Below, piece after piece: positions 32,355 through 41,452 of a stretch of 63,419 nucleotides of DNA. How positions within the stretch are numbered: the stretch's first letter is position 1; each line of letters starts with the position of its first letter. The notes beneath the pieces are model-generated. The model was not told the origin of the DNA and ran no database searches. It saw only the letters and a list, made by a program, of their open reading frames with translations. Made by a program: the position numbers and the translations under genes. The stretch is from an uncultured Clostridia bacterium (GTDB lineage Bacteria > Bacillota > Clostridia > TANB77 > CAG-508), in assembly GCA_944390395.1 (NCBI GenBank), contig CALXPY010000002.1, positions 1 through 63,419 on the forward strand, in the 5' to 3' direction.

Positions 32355-33923
32355 ATGAATCTAATTGGAGATGAAATGCAAACAGAAAAACAAAGAAAAA
32401 CGAAAAGAACTATGATGATTATAATAATAGCATTAGTAATATTACTTGTTATTGCAATAATATTAGTAGTAGCAATTTATAATTACCAAACTAAGGTGTT
32501 AAAATTAAGGGTAGATAACCAAAATCAAAATATATCCAATGGATTATTTATTTTTGAAGGTGAAGATGTTTATGTGCCAATAAGAGATTTCGCAAGCTAT
32601 GTAGGGTATTCATCTTATAATGGTGATTATAAACAATATGTAGAAGACACAACAAAATGTTATGTACAATCTACAAATGAAGTTGCATCTTTTTCATTAA
32701 ATTCAAATAAAATTTATAAAACAATTTTAGATGGACAAAATGATTATGAATATTTTACAATTGATAAACCTGTAAAAATGATAAATGGAAAATTATGTAC
32801 AACTTTAGAAGGACTAAGAGTAGCATTTAACTTGTCAATATCTTATGATAGAGATAGAAATACTATTCAAGTATCTACATTACCATATTTAGTTCAATAT
32901 TATACTACAAGATTCCAAGATCCATCAATTTCTGATTCTAATGCAGCATTTAGTAATAAAAAAGCTTTATTATATGGAATGGTAGTATTAAGAAATGAAA
33001 GTAATAAATATGGAGTTTATACATTAGATGGAAACGAAATTATAGGTGCAAAATATGATAATATAAAATTTATAGAAAGTTCAATGGAATTTATTGTAAC
33101 AACAGAAGAACGTAAAATGGGTATATTATCTTATGATTCAACTACAAAAATTCAACCACAATATGATGAAATAAAACAATTGGACAAAGATTCAAATTTA
33201 TACTTAGTAAAAAATGATGGAAAACAAGGAATTGTAAATAATAGAGGAGAAATTGTATTATACTTAGAATATGATCAAATAGGAGTAGATGCAAATAGAT
33301 TTGCAGGTAATGATATAAAGAATCAATATCTATTATACAATAACTGTATACCAGTAAAAAAAGATCAAAAATGGGGAATATATGATATTCATGGAAGAGT
33401 ACTTGTAAAAATACAATATGATGATTTAGGATGTAGCAGATCTTCTGGAAGTAATGGATCTACTAATAGTATATTACTAATACCAGAATATGAAGGAATT
33501 GTATTAAAACAAAATGAAATGTATGGTATAGTAAGTTCTAATGGAAAAGAAATATTACCAGCAGTATTGGAATCTGTATATTCTGTTACTTCAGCAGGAC
33601 AACAAGTATACTATATGATATATAATAATCAAGTAATTAATTTGTTAGATTATTTAGATAAATATGTAAAGAAAGAAGAACTATTTAGTGATGAATCTAC
33701 TACAGATACATCAAACAACAATAATACAATAGAAGAACCTCAAACAAATGAGCAAACACAAAATCAAGTAAGCAATGAAGTTGTAGAAAATCAAATTACA
33801 AACGAAATAGTAAATGAAACAAACAATCAGATAGCAAATCAAAACGGAAACACAAGTAGTAATACTACAAATAATACTACTGCAGGTAATTCAAATACAA
33901 TAGCACAAAATGCTACAAATTAA
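32355..33923 (+). CDS. Membrane-anchored WG-repeat protein with N/T/Q-rich tail
   Basis: TM MMIIIIALVILLVIAIILVVAIY; repeated ..YG(V/I)...G.EI....YD.I.. units incl. KWGIYDIHGRVLVKIQYDDL; low-complexity C-terminus. Confidence 0.6.
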   Translation: MNLIGDEMQTEKQRKTKRTMMIIIIALVILLVIAIILVVAIYNYQTKVLKLRVDNQNQNISNGLFIFEGEDVYVPIRDFASYVGYSSYNGDYKQYVEDTTKCYVQSTNEVASFSLNSNKIYKTILDGQNDYEYFTIDKPVKMINGKLCTTLEGLRVAFNLSISYDRDRNTIQVSTLPYLVQYYTTRFQDPSISDSNAAFSNKKALLYGMVVLRNESNKYGVYTLDGNEIIGAKYDNIKFIESSMEFIVTTEERKMGILSYDSTTKIQPQYDEIKQLDKDSNLYLVKNDGKQGIVNNRGEIVLYLEYDQIGVDANRFAGNDIKNQYLLYNNCIPVKKDQKWGIYDIHGRVLVKIQYDDLGCSRSSGSNGSTNSILLIPEYEGIVLKQNEMYGIVSSNGKEILPAVLESVYSVTSAGQQVYYMIYNNQVINLLDYLDKYVKKEELFSDESTTDTSNNNNTIEEPQTNEQTQNQVSNEVVENQITNEIVNETNNQIANQNGNTSSNTTNNTTAGNSNTIAQNATN

Positions 33924-33929
33924 GCAAAG

Positions 33930-33960
33930 AAACCTAGTGAATAAATAACACTAGGTTTTT
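33930..33960 (+). terminator. Rho-independent terminator
   Basis: AAACCTAGTG / CACTAGGTTT stem, then TT. Confidence 0.75.
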
Positions 33961-34003
33961 GCTATATAACAAGGTTAAATTTCATTGTACGGTGCGTATT
34001 AAC

Positions 34004-34128
34004 GAAGCAAAATACAATAGAAATCATAAACAATATTGCGAAAATGTGATAAAAATCATAAATAAACTTGCAAAAACGTGATAAAAATCACAAAAATAAT
34101 TGCAAAAGTGTGAATTTTACGGTATAAT
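34004..34128 (+). repeat. About four tandem 32-bp units TTGC(G/A)AAAA(T/C)GTGATAAAAATCA(T/C)AAA...; the last unit is a consensus-like promoter
   Basis: Units start at 34036, 34068 and 34100, plus a degenerate unit at about 34004. Last unit: TTGCAA 34100-34105, 17-nt spacer, TATAAT 34123-34128. Confidence 0.8.
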
Positions 34129-34170
34129 TAATATAAAAATATCATATAATAGTTATAGGAGATGATATAA

Positions 34171-35475
34171 GTGAAAAGGTTTATATTAGATGAATTATTA
34201 AAATGGAAAGAAAGTAAATATAGAAAACCATTAATTTTAAAAGGTGCAAGGCAAATTGGAAAAACATATATTTTGCAACAATTTGGAAAAGAAAATTATG
34301 AAGGAGTAGCATACTTTAATTTTGATCATGATGAAGATTTATACAATTTATTTACTAATACTAAAGATCCAAAAAGACTTCTAGAGCAATTAGCATTTAT
34401 ATACGGAAAAGCTATAATTCCAGGGAAAACATTAATCATTTTTGATGAGATTCAAGAATGTCCTAATGCGTTAAATAGTTTAAAATATTTTCAAGAAGAA
34501 GCAAATGAATATCATATAGTATGTGCAGGAAGTTTGTTAGGAATACGATTATCACATACATCATTCCCTGTTGGAAAAGTCGATTTTTTAAATATGTATC
34601 CAATGACATTTAGAGAATTTTTACTTGCAGATAATTGTGAAAATTTAGTAGGCTATATGGAAAGTATAAGAAGTATAGAAAAAATTCCAGATATATTTTT
34701 TAATCAATTACAAGAAAAATTAAAAGCGTATTTTATAATTGGAGGAATGCCTGAAGCAGTTAAAATTTGGGTAAATGAAAAAAATATAGAATTAGTAAAT
34801 AATGTACAAGCAAATATTTTAAAAGCTTATGAAAGTGATTTTTCAAAGCATACTACTAATAATGAAGCAAATAAAATCTCTTTAATATGGAATAACATAC
34901 CATCACAACTGGCAAAAGAAAATAAAAAATTTCTTTATCAAACAGTTAAAGAAGGAGCGAGAGCTAGAGAATATGAAGGTGCATTAAACTGGTTAAATGA
35001 TGCAAATTTAATTTATAAAGTTCATAATATTACAAAACCAGATTTTCCTTTAAAAGCTTATAATGATTTAAGTGCATTTAAAATTTATATAAATGATGTT
35101 GGCTTACTAAGAAGAATGGCTAATTTAGATAGTAGAATTGTAGTGGAGAAAAATAAATTATTCGAAGAGTTTAAAGGAGCGCTTACAGAGAATTATGTGT
35201 TAAACATGCTTACCGCTATTATGGATAATGTACCTAATTATTATACATTTGATAGGCACGAAATAGATTTTATTATACAATATAGAAATGAGATAATACC
35301 TATTGAGGTGAAATCAAATTCAGCAATAAATAATGTAAGTCTTACTAGATTTGTTGAAAAAAATGATAAAAAACTAGCAATAAGATTTTCTATGAATAAC
35401 TTAGCCAAAAGTGGCAAAATTTTAAATATTCCATTATTTCTAATAGAATATATGAATAAATTTATAGAAGTTTAG
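34171..35475 (+). CDS. AAA+ ATPase with C-terminal PD-(D/E)xK-like module (second COG1373 / DUF4143-like paralog)
   Basis: Walker A GARQIGKTY, Walker B LIIFDEIQ, C-terminal HEIDFII...IIPIEVKSN; GTG start behind AGGAGA. Confidence 0.75.
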   Translation: MKRFILDELLKWKESKYRKPLILKGARQIGKTYILQQFGKENYEGVAYFNFDHDEDLYNLFTNTKDPKRLLEQLAFIYGKAIIPGKTLIIFDEIQECPNALNSLKYFQEEANEYHIVCAGSLLGIRLSHTSFPVGKVDFLNMYPMTFREFLLADNCENLVGYMESIRSIEKIPDIFFNQLQEKLKAYFIIGGMPEAVKIWVNEKNIELVNNVQANILKAYESDFSKHTTNNEANKISLIWNNIPSQLAKENKKFLYQTVKEGARAREYEGALNWLNDANLIYKVHNITKPDFPLKAYNDLSAFKIYINDVGLLRRMANLDSRIVVEKNKLFEEFKGALTENYVLNMLTAIMDNVPNYYTFDRHEIDFIIQYRNEIIPIEVKSNSAINNVSLTRFVEKNDKKLAIRFSMNNLAKSGKILNIPLFLIEYMNKFIEV

Positions 35476-35579
35476 TAGTTTTAGTAATAATAAAACTTAA
35501 AAAGCTCCTTCTACAGTTCTAAAACATTATTAAGTGAATAGATATTAATAAGTTAAAACATTAAGGGAGCTGATTAAAA

Positions 35580-35993
35580 GTGGAGAATATTTTAAACAAA
35601 ATAAGAAAAAACAATGATACTTCAAAAGAAGAAAAAAATATAATTCGATTAATAAAAGGGAGTATATCTAGTATAATAATATCTGTAATATTTTTATTTG
35701 TATATGCAATAGTATTAACATATACAACGGTTCCAGAAAGTACAATGCCATTAGTTATAACTGTTATTATAGGAGTAAGCATATTAATAGGAAGTTCAAT
35801 AAGTAGCATGAAAATAAAGAAAAATGGATTTATAAACGGAGGAGTTGTTGGATTAATATATATGTTGTTTTTATATATATCATCAAGTATGGCATTATCA
35901 GGATTTAGTATAAATTTAAATACATTAATTTTAATAATATCAGGAATAGTGGTAGGAATGATAGGAGGAATAATAGGGGTAAATATAAAGTAA
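35580..35993 (+). CDS. Small multi-pass membrane protein (resembles the TIGR04086 family)
   Basis: Four hydrophobic segments, ends GGIIGVNIK; GTG start behind GGGAG. Confidence 0.5.
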   Translation: MENILNKIRKNNDTSKEEKNIIRLIKGSISSIIISVIFLFVYAIVLTYTTVPESTMPLVITVIIGVSILIGSSISSMKIKKNGFINGGVVGLIYMLFLYISSSMALSGFSINLNTLILIISGIVVGMIGGIIGVNIK

Positions 35994-36018
35994 AAAAGCT
36001 CCGATTTAGGAGCTTTTA
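35993..36018. terminator. Bidirectional terminator between convergent genes
   Basis: AAAAGCTCC GATTT AGGAGCTTTT. Confidence 0.8.
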
Positions 36019-36021
36019 AAT

Positions 36022-36612
36022 TTATAAATCTTCATCAGTTACAGTATCAAAACTAAATATATAGTCAGTAACTAAATTTGTTACTGTTCCATCATGATTT
36101 GCTATACCAGCAATTTCTCTAACAGGTAGTTTTCTTTCTTTCTCTACCCATATTTTTTGTCCATTAAGTTTATTTTCTATTAAATAGCAGTCTTTACCAT
36201 TGCATTTTTCAGTAGAAATATCAACTACAAATGAATTTGCAAGATTGTCCCAAAAATCAAGTCCAACTATAATAGAAACTTTAGGTGTAAGATTAGGTTC
36301 TTCTACACTATCATCAGTTATAGATTTACCATTAACTAAAAGTTTAGAATCATTATTAGTAAAGTCATTATAAAATACCATTTCACTATCACTAGTATTT
36401 GTAACTTTTATCATTTGTCTACCATCTTTATAATATTTTTCTAGTGATGAAATTCCAGAACCATAGTACACTATAGACTTTGCATAATAATTATTAGAAT
36501 CAGTACCATCTTTACAACTTTGTAATATTGCTGCTTTTCTTACGATATCAAGTAAGAATATAAGTAAAAAAATTATTAATAAAACAACTACTATTTTTAT
36601 AACTTTTTTCAT
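36022..36612 (-). CDS. Membrane-anchored hypothetical protein
   Basis: MKKVIKIVVVLLIIFLLIFLL signal anchor; ATG 36612 behind AAGGAGA. Confidence 0.5.
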   Translation of the reverse strand: MKKVIKIVVVLLIIFLLIFLLDIVRKAAILQSCKDGTDSNNYYAKSIVYYGSGISSLEKYYKDGRQMIKVTNTSDSEMVFYNDFTNNDSKLLVNGKSITDDSVEEPNLTPKVSIIVGLDFWDNLANSFVVDISTEKCNGKDCYLIENKLNGQKIWVEKERKLPVREIAGIANHDGTVTNLVTDYIFSFDTVTDEDL

Positions 36613-36787
36613 TAGATCATCTCCTTTTAAATTTATCTTTATTATAATATAAAGAATTTTTTTTGGCAATTAAATTTTATAAATTAATAAAAATATATTT
36701 TGTTTAAATTTAATTTAAGGTTGCTTGAAATTATTTGATTTATCTGATAGAATATACAAAACAGAAATTTGTATTAAAGGAGAGTTT

Positions 36788-38833
36788 ATGTTAGATTTAA
36801 AACAAAGTGTACAATATATAAAAGGTGTTGGACCTAATAGAGCAGCTTTATTAAATAAGCTTGGAATTTTTACTTTGGAAGATTTAATAACATATTTTCC
36901 TAGAACTTATGAAGATAGAGATAAACCAAAGAAAATAATAGATGTAGTAGACGGAGAAGATAATTTAATAGAAGCTGTAGCAATTTCCAATGTTACTGAA
37001 AGTAGAATTAGGAAAAATATGACTATATATAAACTTACTGTTGGAGATGAAACAGGAAGATGTGTAATTACATGGTTTAATCAAAGTTATGTAAAAAGAT
37101 TATTTAAGCAGGGAGAAAAATATAAATTTTATGGAAAAGCAACTAATAAATTAGGAAGAGTCGAAATGAAGTCACCTGTATTTGATGAAGAAGGAAAGAA
37201 TAAAAATACAGGAAAAATAATTCCAATTTATCCTCTTACATATAATTTATCTCAAAATGCTATTAGACAAGCTATTGAAAATGCATTACAGATAGTAAAT
37301 GGAAAATTAGAAGAGACAATGCCAGATTATTTAATTAAAGCATATAATTTACTTGATAGAAATACTGCAATAGAACAAATACATTTTCCAAAAGATTTTG
37401 AAAACTATGAAAATGCTAGAAAAAGGTTGGTATTTGAAGAACTTTTAACTGTTCAAATAGCTTTATTAGGATTAAAGGAACAAACTGAAAATCAAGCTGG
37501 TATAGAATTTAATAAATCTATTAAAATTTCTGAAATGATTAATTCTTTGCCATTTAAATTAACCAAAGCACAACTTAATGTATTGGAAGAAATAGATAAT
37601 GATATGGAAAGCAAAACTCCAATGAATAGATTATTACAAGGAGATGTTGGCTCTGGAAAAACAGTAGTATCCATAGTTGCTGCTTATAAAGCGGTAAAAA
37701 GCGGATATCAAGTCGCAGTAATGGTACCAACAGCAATTTTAGCAACACAACATTTGGAAGAATTTGAAAAGATGTTATCAAAATTTAATATAAAATGTGA
37801 ATTACTATTAGGTGGAACTAGACCAAAAAGAAGACAAGAAATATTAGAAGGGTTAAAAAATGGTGAAATCGATGTACTAATAGGAACACATTCATTATTA
37901 GTAGAAGATGTTGAGTTTAAAAATTTAGGATTGGTTGTAACAGATGAACAGCATAGATTTGGTGTAAGGCAAAGAGGAAACATTGTAGCAAAAGGCTTAA
38001 ATCCAGATGTTCTAGTAATGACAGCAACACCAATACCACGAACTCTTGCACTTATTCTTTATGGAGATTTAGATATTTCAATAATAGATGAATTACCACC
38101 AAATAGAAAGAAGATAGATACTTTTGCAGTTAATAAAAGTATGGAAGAAAGAGTAAACAATTTTATAAAAAAGAATATAGACGAAGGCAGGCAAGTATAT
38201 GTTGTATGTCCATTAGTTGAAGAAAACGAAGAATTAAATATGAAATCTGTAACAGAATGGACACAAAACTATAAAGAGAAAGTGTTTAGTAATTACAGAG
38301 TAGAATATTTACACGGAAAAATGAAACAAAAAGATAAAGACGAAATAATGCAAGAATTTAAAGATGGAAAAATAGATATTCTAGTATCAACTACTGTAAT
38401 AGAAGTTGGAGTAAATGTTCCAAATGCAAGTTTAATGATAGTAGAAAATGCCGAACATTTTGGATTAGCGCAATTACATCAATTAAGAGGAAGAGTAGGT
38501 AGAGGAGAATATAAATCATATTGTATTTTAAAATATAATTCTTTGAATCCAGTATCAAGAGAAAGATTAAAAATAATGGAAGAAACAAATGATGGATTTG
38601 TAATAGCTCAAAAAGATTTGGAACTAAGAGGAACAGGTGAATTTTTTGGAACAAAACAACATGGTTTACCAGATTTTAAAATAGCAAATTTATTCGAAGA
38701 TATGCCTATTTTAAAATTAGTACAAGGAGTAGCTGTGAAAATAAAAAATGAAGATCCAGGATTAAAAAAAGAGGAAAACAAAAGATTATTAAAGTTAATA
38801 GACGAAAAATTTAGTGGAAGAGTAGAGATATAG
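36788..38833 (+). CDS. recG: ATP-dependent DNA helicase RecG
   Basis: Wedge domain, [27 protein letters not shown]; ATG 36788 behind AAGGAGAG. Confidence 0.95.
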   Translation: MLDLKQSVQYIKGVGPNRAALLNKLGIFTLEDLITYFPRTYEDRDKPKKIIDVVDGEDNLIEAVAISNVTESRIRKNMTIYKLTVGDETGRCVITWFNQSYVKRLFKQGEKYKFYGKATNKLGRVEMKSPVFDEEGKNKNTGKIIPIYPLTYNLSQNAIRQAIENALQIVNGKLEETMPDYLIKAYNLLDRNTAIEQIHFPKDFENYENARKRLVFEELLTVQIALLGLKEQTENQAGIEFNKSIKISEMINSLPFKLTKAQLNVLEEIDNDMESKTPMNRLLQGDVGSGKTVVSIVAAYKAVKSGYQVAVMVPTAILATQHLEEFEKMLSKFNIKCELLLGGTRPKRRQEILEGLKNGEIDVLIGTHSLLVEDVEFKNLGLVVTDEQHRFGVRQRGNIVAKGLNPDVLVMTATPIPRTLALILYGDLDISIIDELPPNRKKIDTFAVNKSMEERVNNFIKKNIDEGRQVYVVCPLVEENEELNMKSVTEWTQNYKEKVFSNYRVEYLHGKMKQKDKDEIMQEFKDGKIDILVSTTVIEVGVNVPNASLMIVENAEHFGLAQLHQLRGRVGRGEYKSYCILKYNSLNPVSRERLKIMEETNDGFVIAQKDLELRGTGEFFGTKQHGLPDFKIANLFEDMPILKLVQGVAVKIKNEDPGLKKEENKRLLKLIDEKFSGRVEI

Positions 38834-38845
38834 TATAATATATCA

Positions 38846-38874
38846 TTGACAAATTGTAAAAATGGTAATATGAT
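38846..38874 (+). promoter_or_regulatory. Promoter of the GH13 gene
   Basis: TTGACA 38846-38851, 17-nt spacer, TATGAT 38869-38874. Confidence 0.5.
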
Positions 38875-38927
38875 GAAGACATAAATATATAAACTTATAC
38901 AATCTTTCTTAAATAAGGAGGAATACT

Positions 38928-40799
38928 ATGAATTGGCAAGTTGTATATTTAACTGTAAATCCAAAAGGAGCAATAAGAAATGGAGAGGAGGTAAAAGTAG
39001 AACTTCGGATATCAAACAAAGTAGGGTTTGTAGATAATGTATTAATGCTTTTTAATGTGCAAAATAGTACTATCTATAAAAAAGTGTCATTACATTATAC
39101 AAAAACTGTAGATGAATATAGTTTCTTTGAAGCAACATATTCATTAGAGAGAATAGGTCTACATTATTATAACTTTTCTTTAACAATCAATGGAAAAAAC
39201 AAATTCATAAGGAGGAATCCAACAACTAAAGAACCGTGTATTACGGAAAACAATATGGAGTATTGGGAGCAAACAGTATACCATAATAGTTTTAATACAC
39301 CAGATTGGTCAAAAGGAGTAATGTATCATATTTTTGTTGATAGATTTAGAAGAGATAAAAGTGTGGTACTTCCAGAAATGAAAAATAGAACAATCCATTC
39401 TAATTGGTATGAAATGCCAGATTGGAAGCCAAATGAGAAAGGAGAAATAACCAACACAGATTTTTTTGCAGGTAATCTAAGAGGAATTACTAATTCTCTG
39501 AAATACATAAAAAAATTAGGAGTAAGTATTCTGTACCTTAGCCCTGTAATGCAAAGTCAATCGAATCACAGATATGATACAGCAGACTACGAGAAAGTTG
39601 ATCCTTATTTAGGAAGCAACGAAGATTTAAAAAGATTATGTGACAAAGCACATAGCTTAGGAATGAAAGTTATTTTAGATGCTGTATTTAATCACACTGG
39701 AAATGATAGTAAGTATTTTAATCAATTCCACAATTTTGATACTGCTGGTGCATTCGAAAGTCAGCAGTCACCATATTATAGTTGGTATAAGAGAAATGGT
39801 AATTCATTTGACTATTGGTGGAATTTTAAAAATTTACCAGTATGTAATGGAGATAATCCAGATTATCAAAACTATATTTATGGTGAAGGTGGAATAATAG
39901 ACCAATGGTTTCAATTAGGGATTGATGGAGTACGCTTAGATGTGGCAGATGAATTAACAGAAAATTTTATATTCAATATAAGAAAAGCTGTTAAAAGAAA
40001 TAATCCAGAAGGCTTTGTTTTAGGAGAAGTCTGGGAGAATGCCATAACTAAGGAAAAGTATGGAATACAACGGACGTATCTATTAGGAGAGGAATTAGAT
40101 ACTGTAATGGATTATCCACTTACAGATGCAATTTTAAAATATGTAAGATTTGGAGATTACCAATATTTTAAAGAAACGGTGGAAAAAATCTTACAGTTGT
40201 ATCCAAAACCTGCTATTAATTCTATGACCAACTCTTTATCGACACATGATATAACAAGAGCCATAACTACATTAGTAGGAGATGGAATATATCATAATAG
40301 ATATCAATGGACCTGGGATATAGGTGGGCTTAGTAGACAGTGGCAGTTTGAACATGATGAGTTATCAAAAGAAAAATACAAAGTTGGTAAGCTTATGTTT
40401 AAATTAGCCACAATAATGCAATACACTATGCCAGGAATTCCATGCATATTCTATGGTGATGAAGTTGGAGTCTGTGGTTATAAAGATCCTTTTAACAGGA
40501 AACCATATCCTCATGCCAAAAGAGACAAAGAATTGCTAAAATTCTTTAGAAGAATAGGAAAAGTAAGAAATAAGTTAGAATTCTTAAAAGAAGCGGAGTA
40601 TGAACTTTTACAACAAAATGAAAACTTTATTATATATAAAAGATATAATAAAGAACAAGAAATAGTAGTGATAGTAAAAAGAACAGATGGGTTATTTGTT
40701 ATTCCTAAGGAATATTCAGAATATAATCCAATATTTTCTTTAAACTATCAGAATTACATTATTAAAGGAAAAGGAGCGGTTATTTTGCACAAACCATAA
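38928..40799 (+). CDS. Glycoside hydrolase family 13 (alpha-amylase superfamily)
   Basis: DAVFNHTG, GIDGVRLDVADEL, GEVWE, STHDITR conserved regions I-IV. Confidence 0.88.
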   Translation: MNWQVVYLTVNPKGAIRNGEEVKVELRISNKVGFVDNVLMLFNVQNSTIYKKVSLHYTKTVDEYSFFEATYSLERIGLHYYNFSLTINGKNKFIRRNPTTKEPCITENNMEYWEQTVYHNSFNTPDWSKGVMYHIFVDRFRRDKSVVLPEMKNRTIHSNWYEMPDWKPNEKGEITNTDFFAGNLRGITNSLKYIKKLGVSILYLSPVMQSQSNHRYDTADYEKVDPYLGSNEDLKRLCDKAHSLGMKVILDAVFNHTGNDSKYFNQFHNFDTAGAFESQQSPYYSWYKRNGNSFDYWWNFKNLPVCNGDNPDYQNYIYGEGGIIDQWFQLGIDGVRLDVADELTENFIFNIRKAVKRNNPEGFVLGEVWENAITKEKYGIQRTYLLGEELDTVMDYPLTDAILKYVRFGDYQYFKETVEKILQLYPKPAINSMTNSLSTHDITRAITTLVGDGIYHNRYQWTWDIGGLSRQWQFEHDELSKEKYKVGKLMFKLATIMQYTMPGIPCIFYGDEVGVCGYKDPFNRKPYPHAKRDKELLKFFRRIGKVRNKLEFLKEAEYELLQQNENFIIYKRYNKEQEIVVIVKRTDGLFVIPKEYSEYNPIFSLNYQNYIIKGKGAVILHKP

Positions 40800-40823
40800 A
40801 CTAAAAATACAATGTGTTTTTAG

Positions 40824-40857
40824 TCCCCTAATGGCCTAAGCTGTTAGGGGAATTTTA
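40824..40857 (+). terminator. Rho-independent terminator after the GH13 gene
   Basis: TCCCCTAA / TTAGGGGA stem, then ATTTTATT. Confidence 0.7.
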
Positions 40858-40872
40858 TTATGCACTTTTTCC

Positions 40873-40901
40873 TTGACAATTGAAAATAGTTAATATAAAA
40901 T
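40873..40901 (+). promoter_or_regulatory. Promoter driving the SSR-containing mini-ORF
   Basis: TTGACA 40873-40878, 17-nt spacer, TAAAAT 40896-40901. Confidence 0.5.
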
Positions 40902-40970
40902 TTAACCATAATTGAAAAATAATTAATTTAAATCTTTTCCAATTAAAAAAGTAAGAGGAGAATGAAAAGT

Positions 40971-41036
40971 ATGAAGGCTAAAACCGTTGCCGTTGTAGAG
41001 AGAGAGAGAGAGAGAGAGCTATGTTTTAGAGAATAA
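40971..41036 (+). CDS. Mini-ORF MKAKTVAVVERERERELCFRE containing an (AG)11 tract
   Basis: SD AAGAGGAG 40953-40960, ATG 40971 (alternative ATG 40962), stop 41034-41036; expression not demonstrable from sequence. Confidence 0.3.
   Translation: MKAKTVAVVERERERELCFRE
40997..41018. repeat. Perfect dinucleotide microsatellite (AG)11
   Basis: 22 nt of uninterrupted AG read directly in the sequence. Confidence 0.98.
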
Positions 41037-41085
41037 AACAGGTTTAGTTTTTGTACCTAAATTTAGAATATATTATGTAAAATAT

Positions 41086-41119
41086 AGAACGTATCGAATT
41101 TTTTGGATGCGTTCTTTTT
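41086..41119 (+). terminator. Rho-independent terminator after the mini-ORF
   Basis: AGAACGTATC / GATGCGTTCT stem (one G-U), then TTTT. Confidence 0.7.
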
Positions 41120-41184
41120 GTGTGCTTTTTTCGGATTTTACTAGTGGATATATATGAAATATAAGAATTAAATTATTCTTTAAT

Positions 41185-41359
41185 CGTGATAGTAATAATA
41201 TGTTTTTTCTTGCTCGTCCCAACTCTTAAGAACCTGTAGAAAATTTTGTTTAATCTAATGTTTACAAAGGTTAAAACTAGAGAAACAAAATTTTAACAGT
41301 TTCTAAATAGTCGGTCCCCACACGCAGCTCGCTACGAAAAAAATATTATTACTATCACG
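41185..41359. mobile_element. Inverted-repeat-bracketed 126-bp segment: candidate invertible DNA switch (alternatives are a MITE or a long RNA hairpin)
   Basis: Left arm CGTGATAGTAATAATATGTTTTTTC 41185-41209. Right arm GAAAAAAATATTATTACTATCACG 41336-41359. 17-bp perfect core (41185-41201 / 41343-41359), 24/25 overall with one indel. Confidence 0.45.
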
Positions 41360-41452
41360 TAAAGAGTGAAATTTTATATAAATAGCAAAAATATATTAGC
41401 ACTATTGGAAGAATAAAGTTAAAGATAAAAAAGAAGAGGAGAATTGAAATTT

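Noticed and set aside
41018-41036. GCTATGTTTTAGAGA resembling part of a type II CRISPR repeat (GTTTTAGAGCTATG...)
   Set aside because: It is a single occurrence with no repeat-spacer periodicity anywhere in the window and no cas genes. Coincidental similarity.
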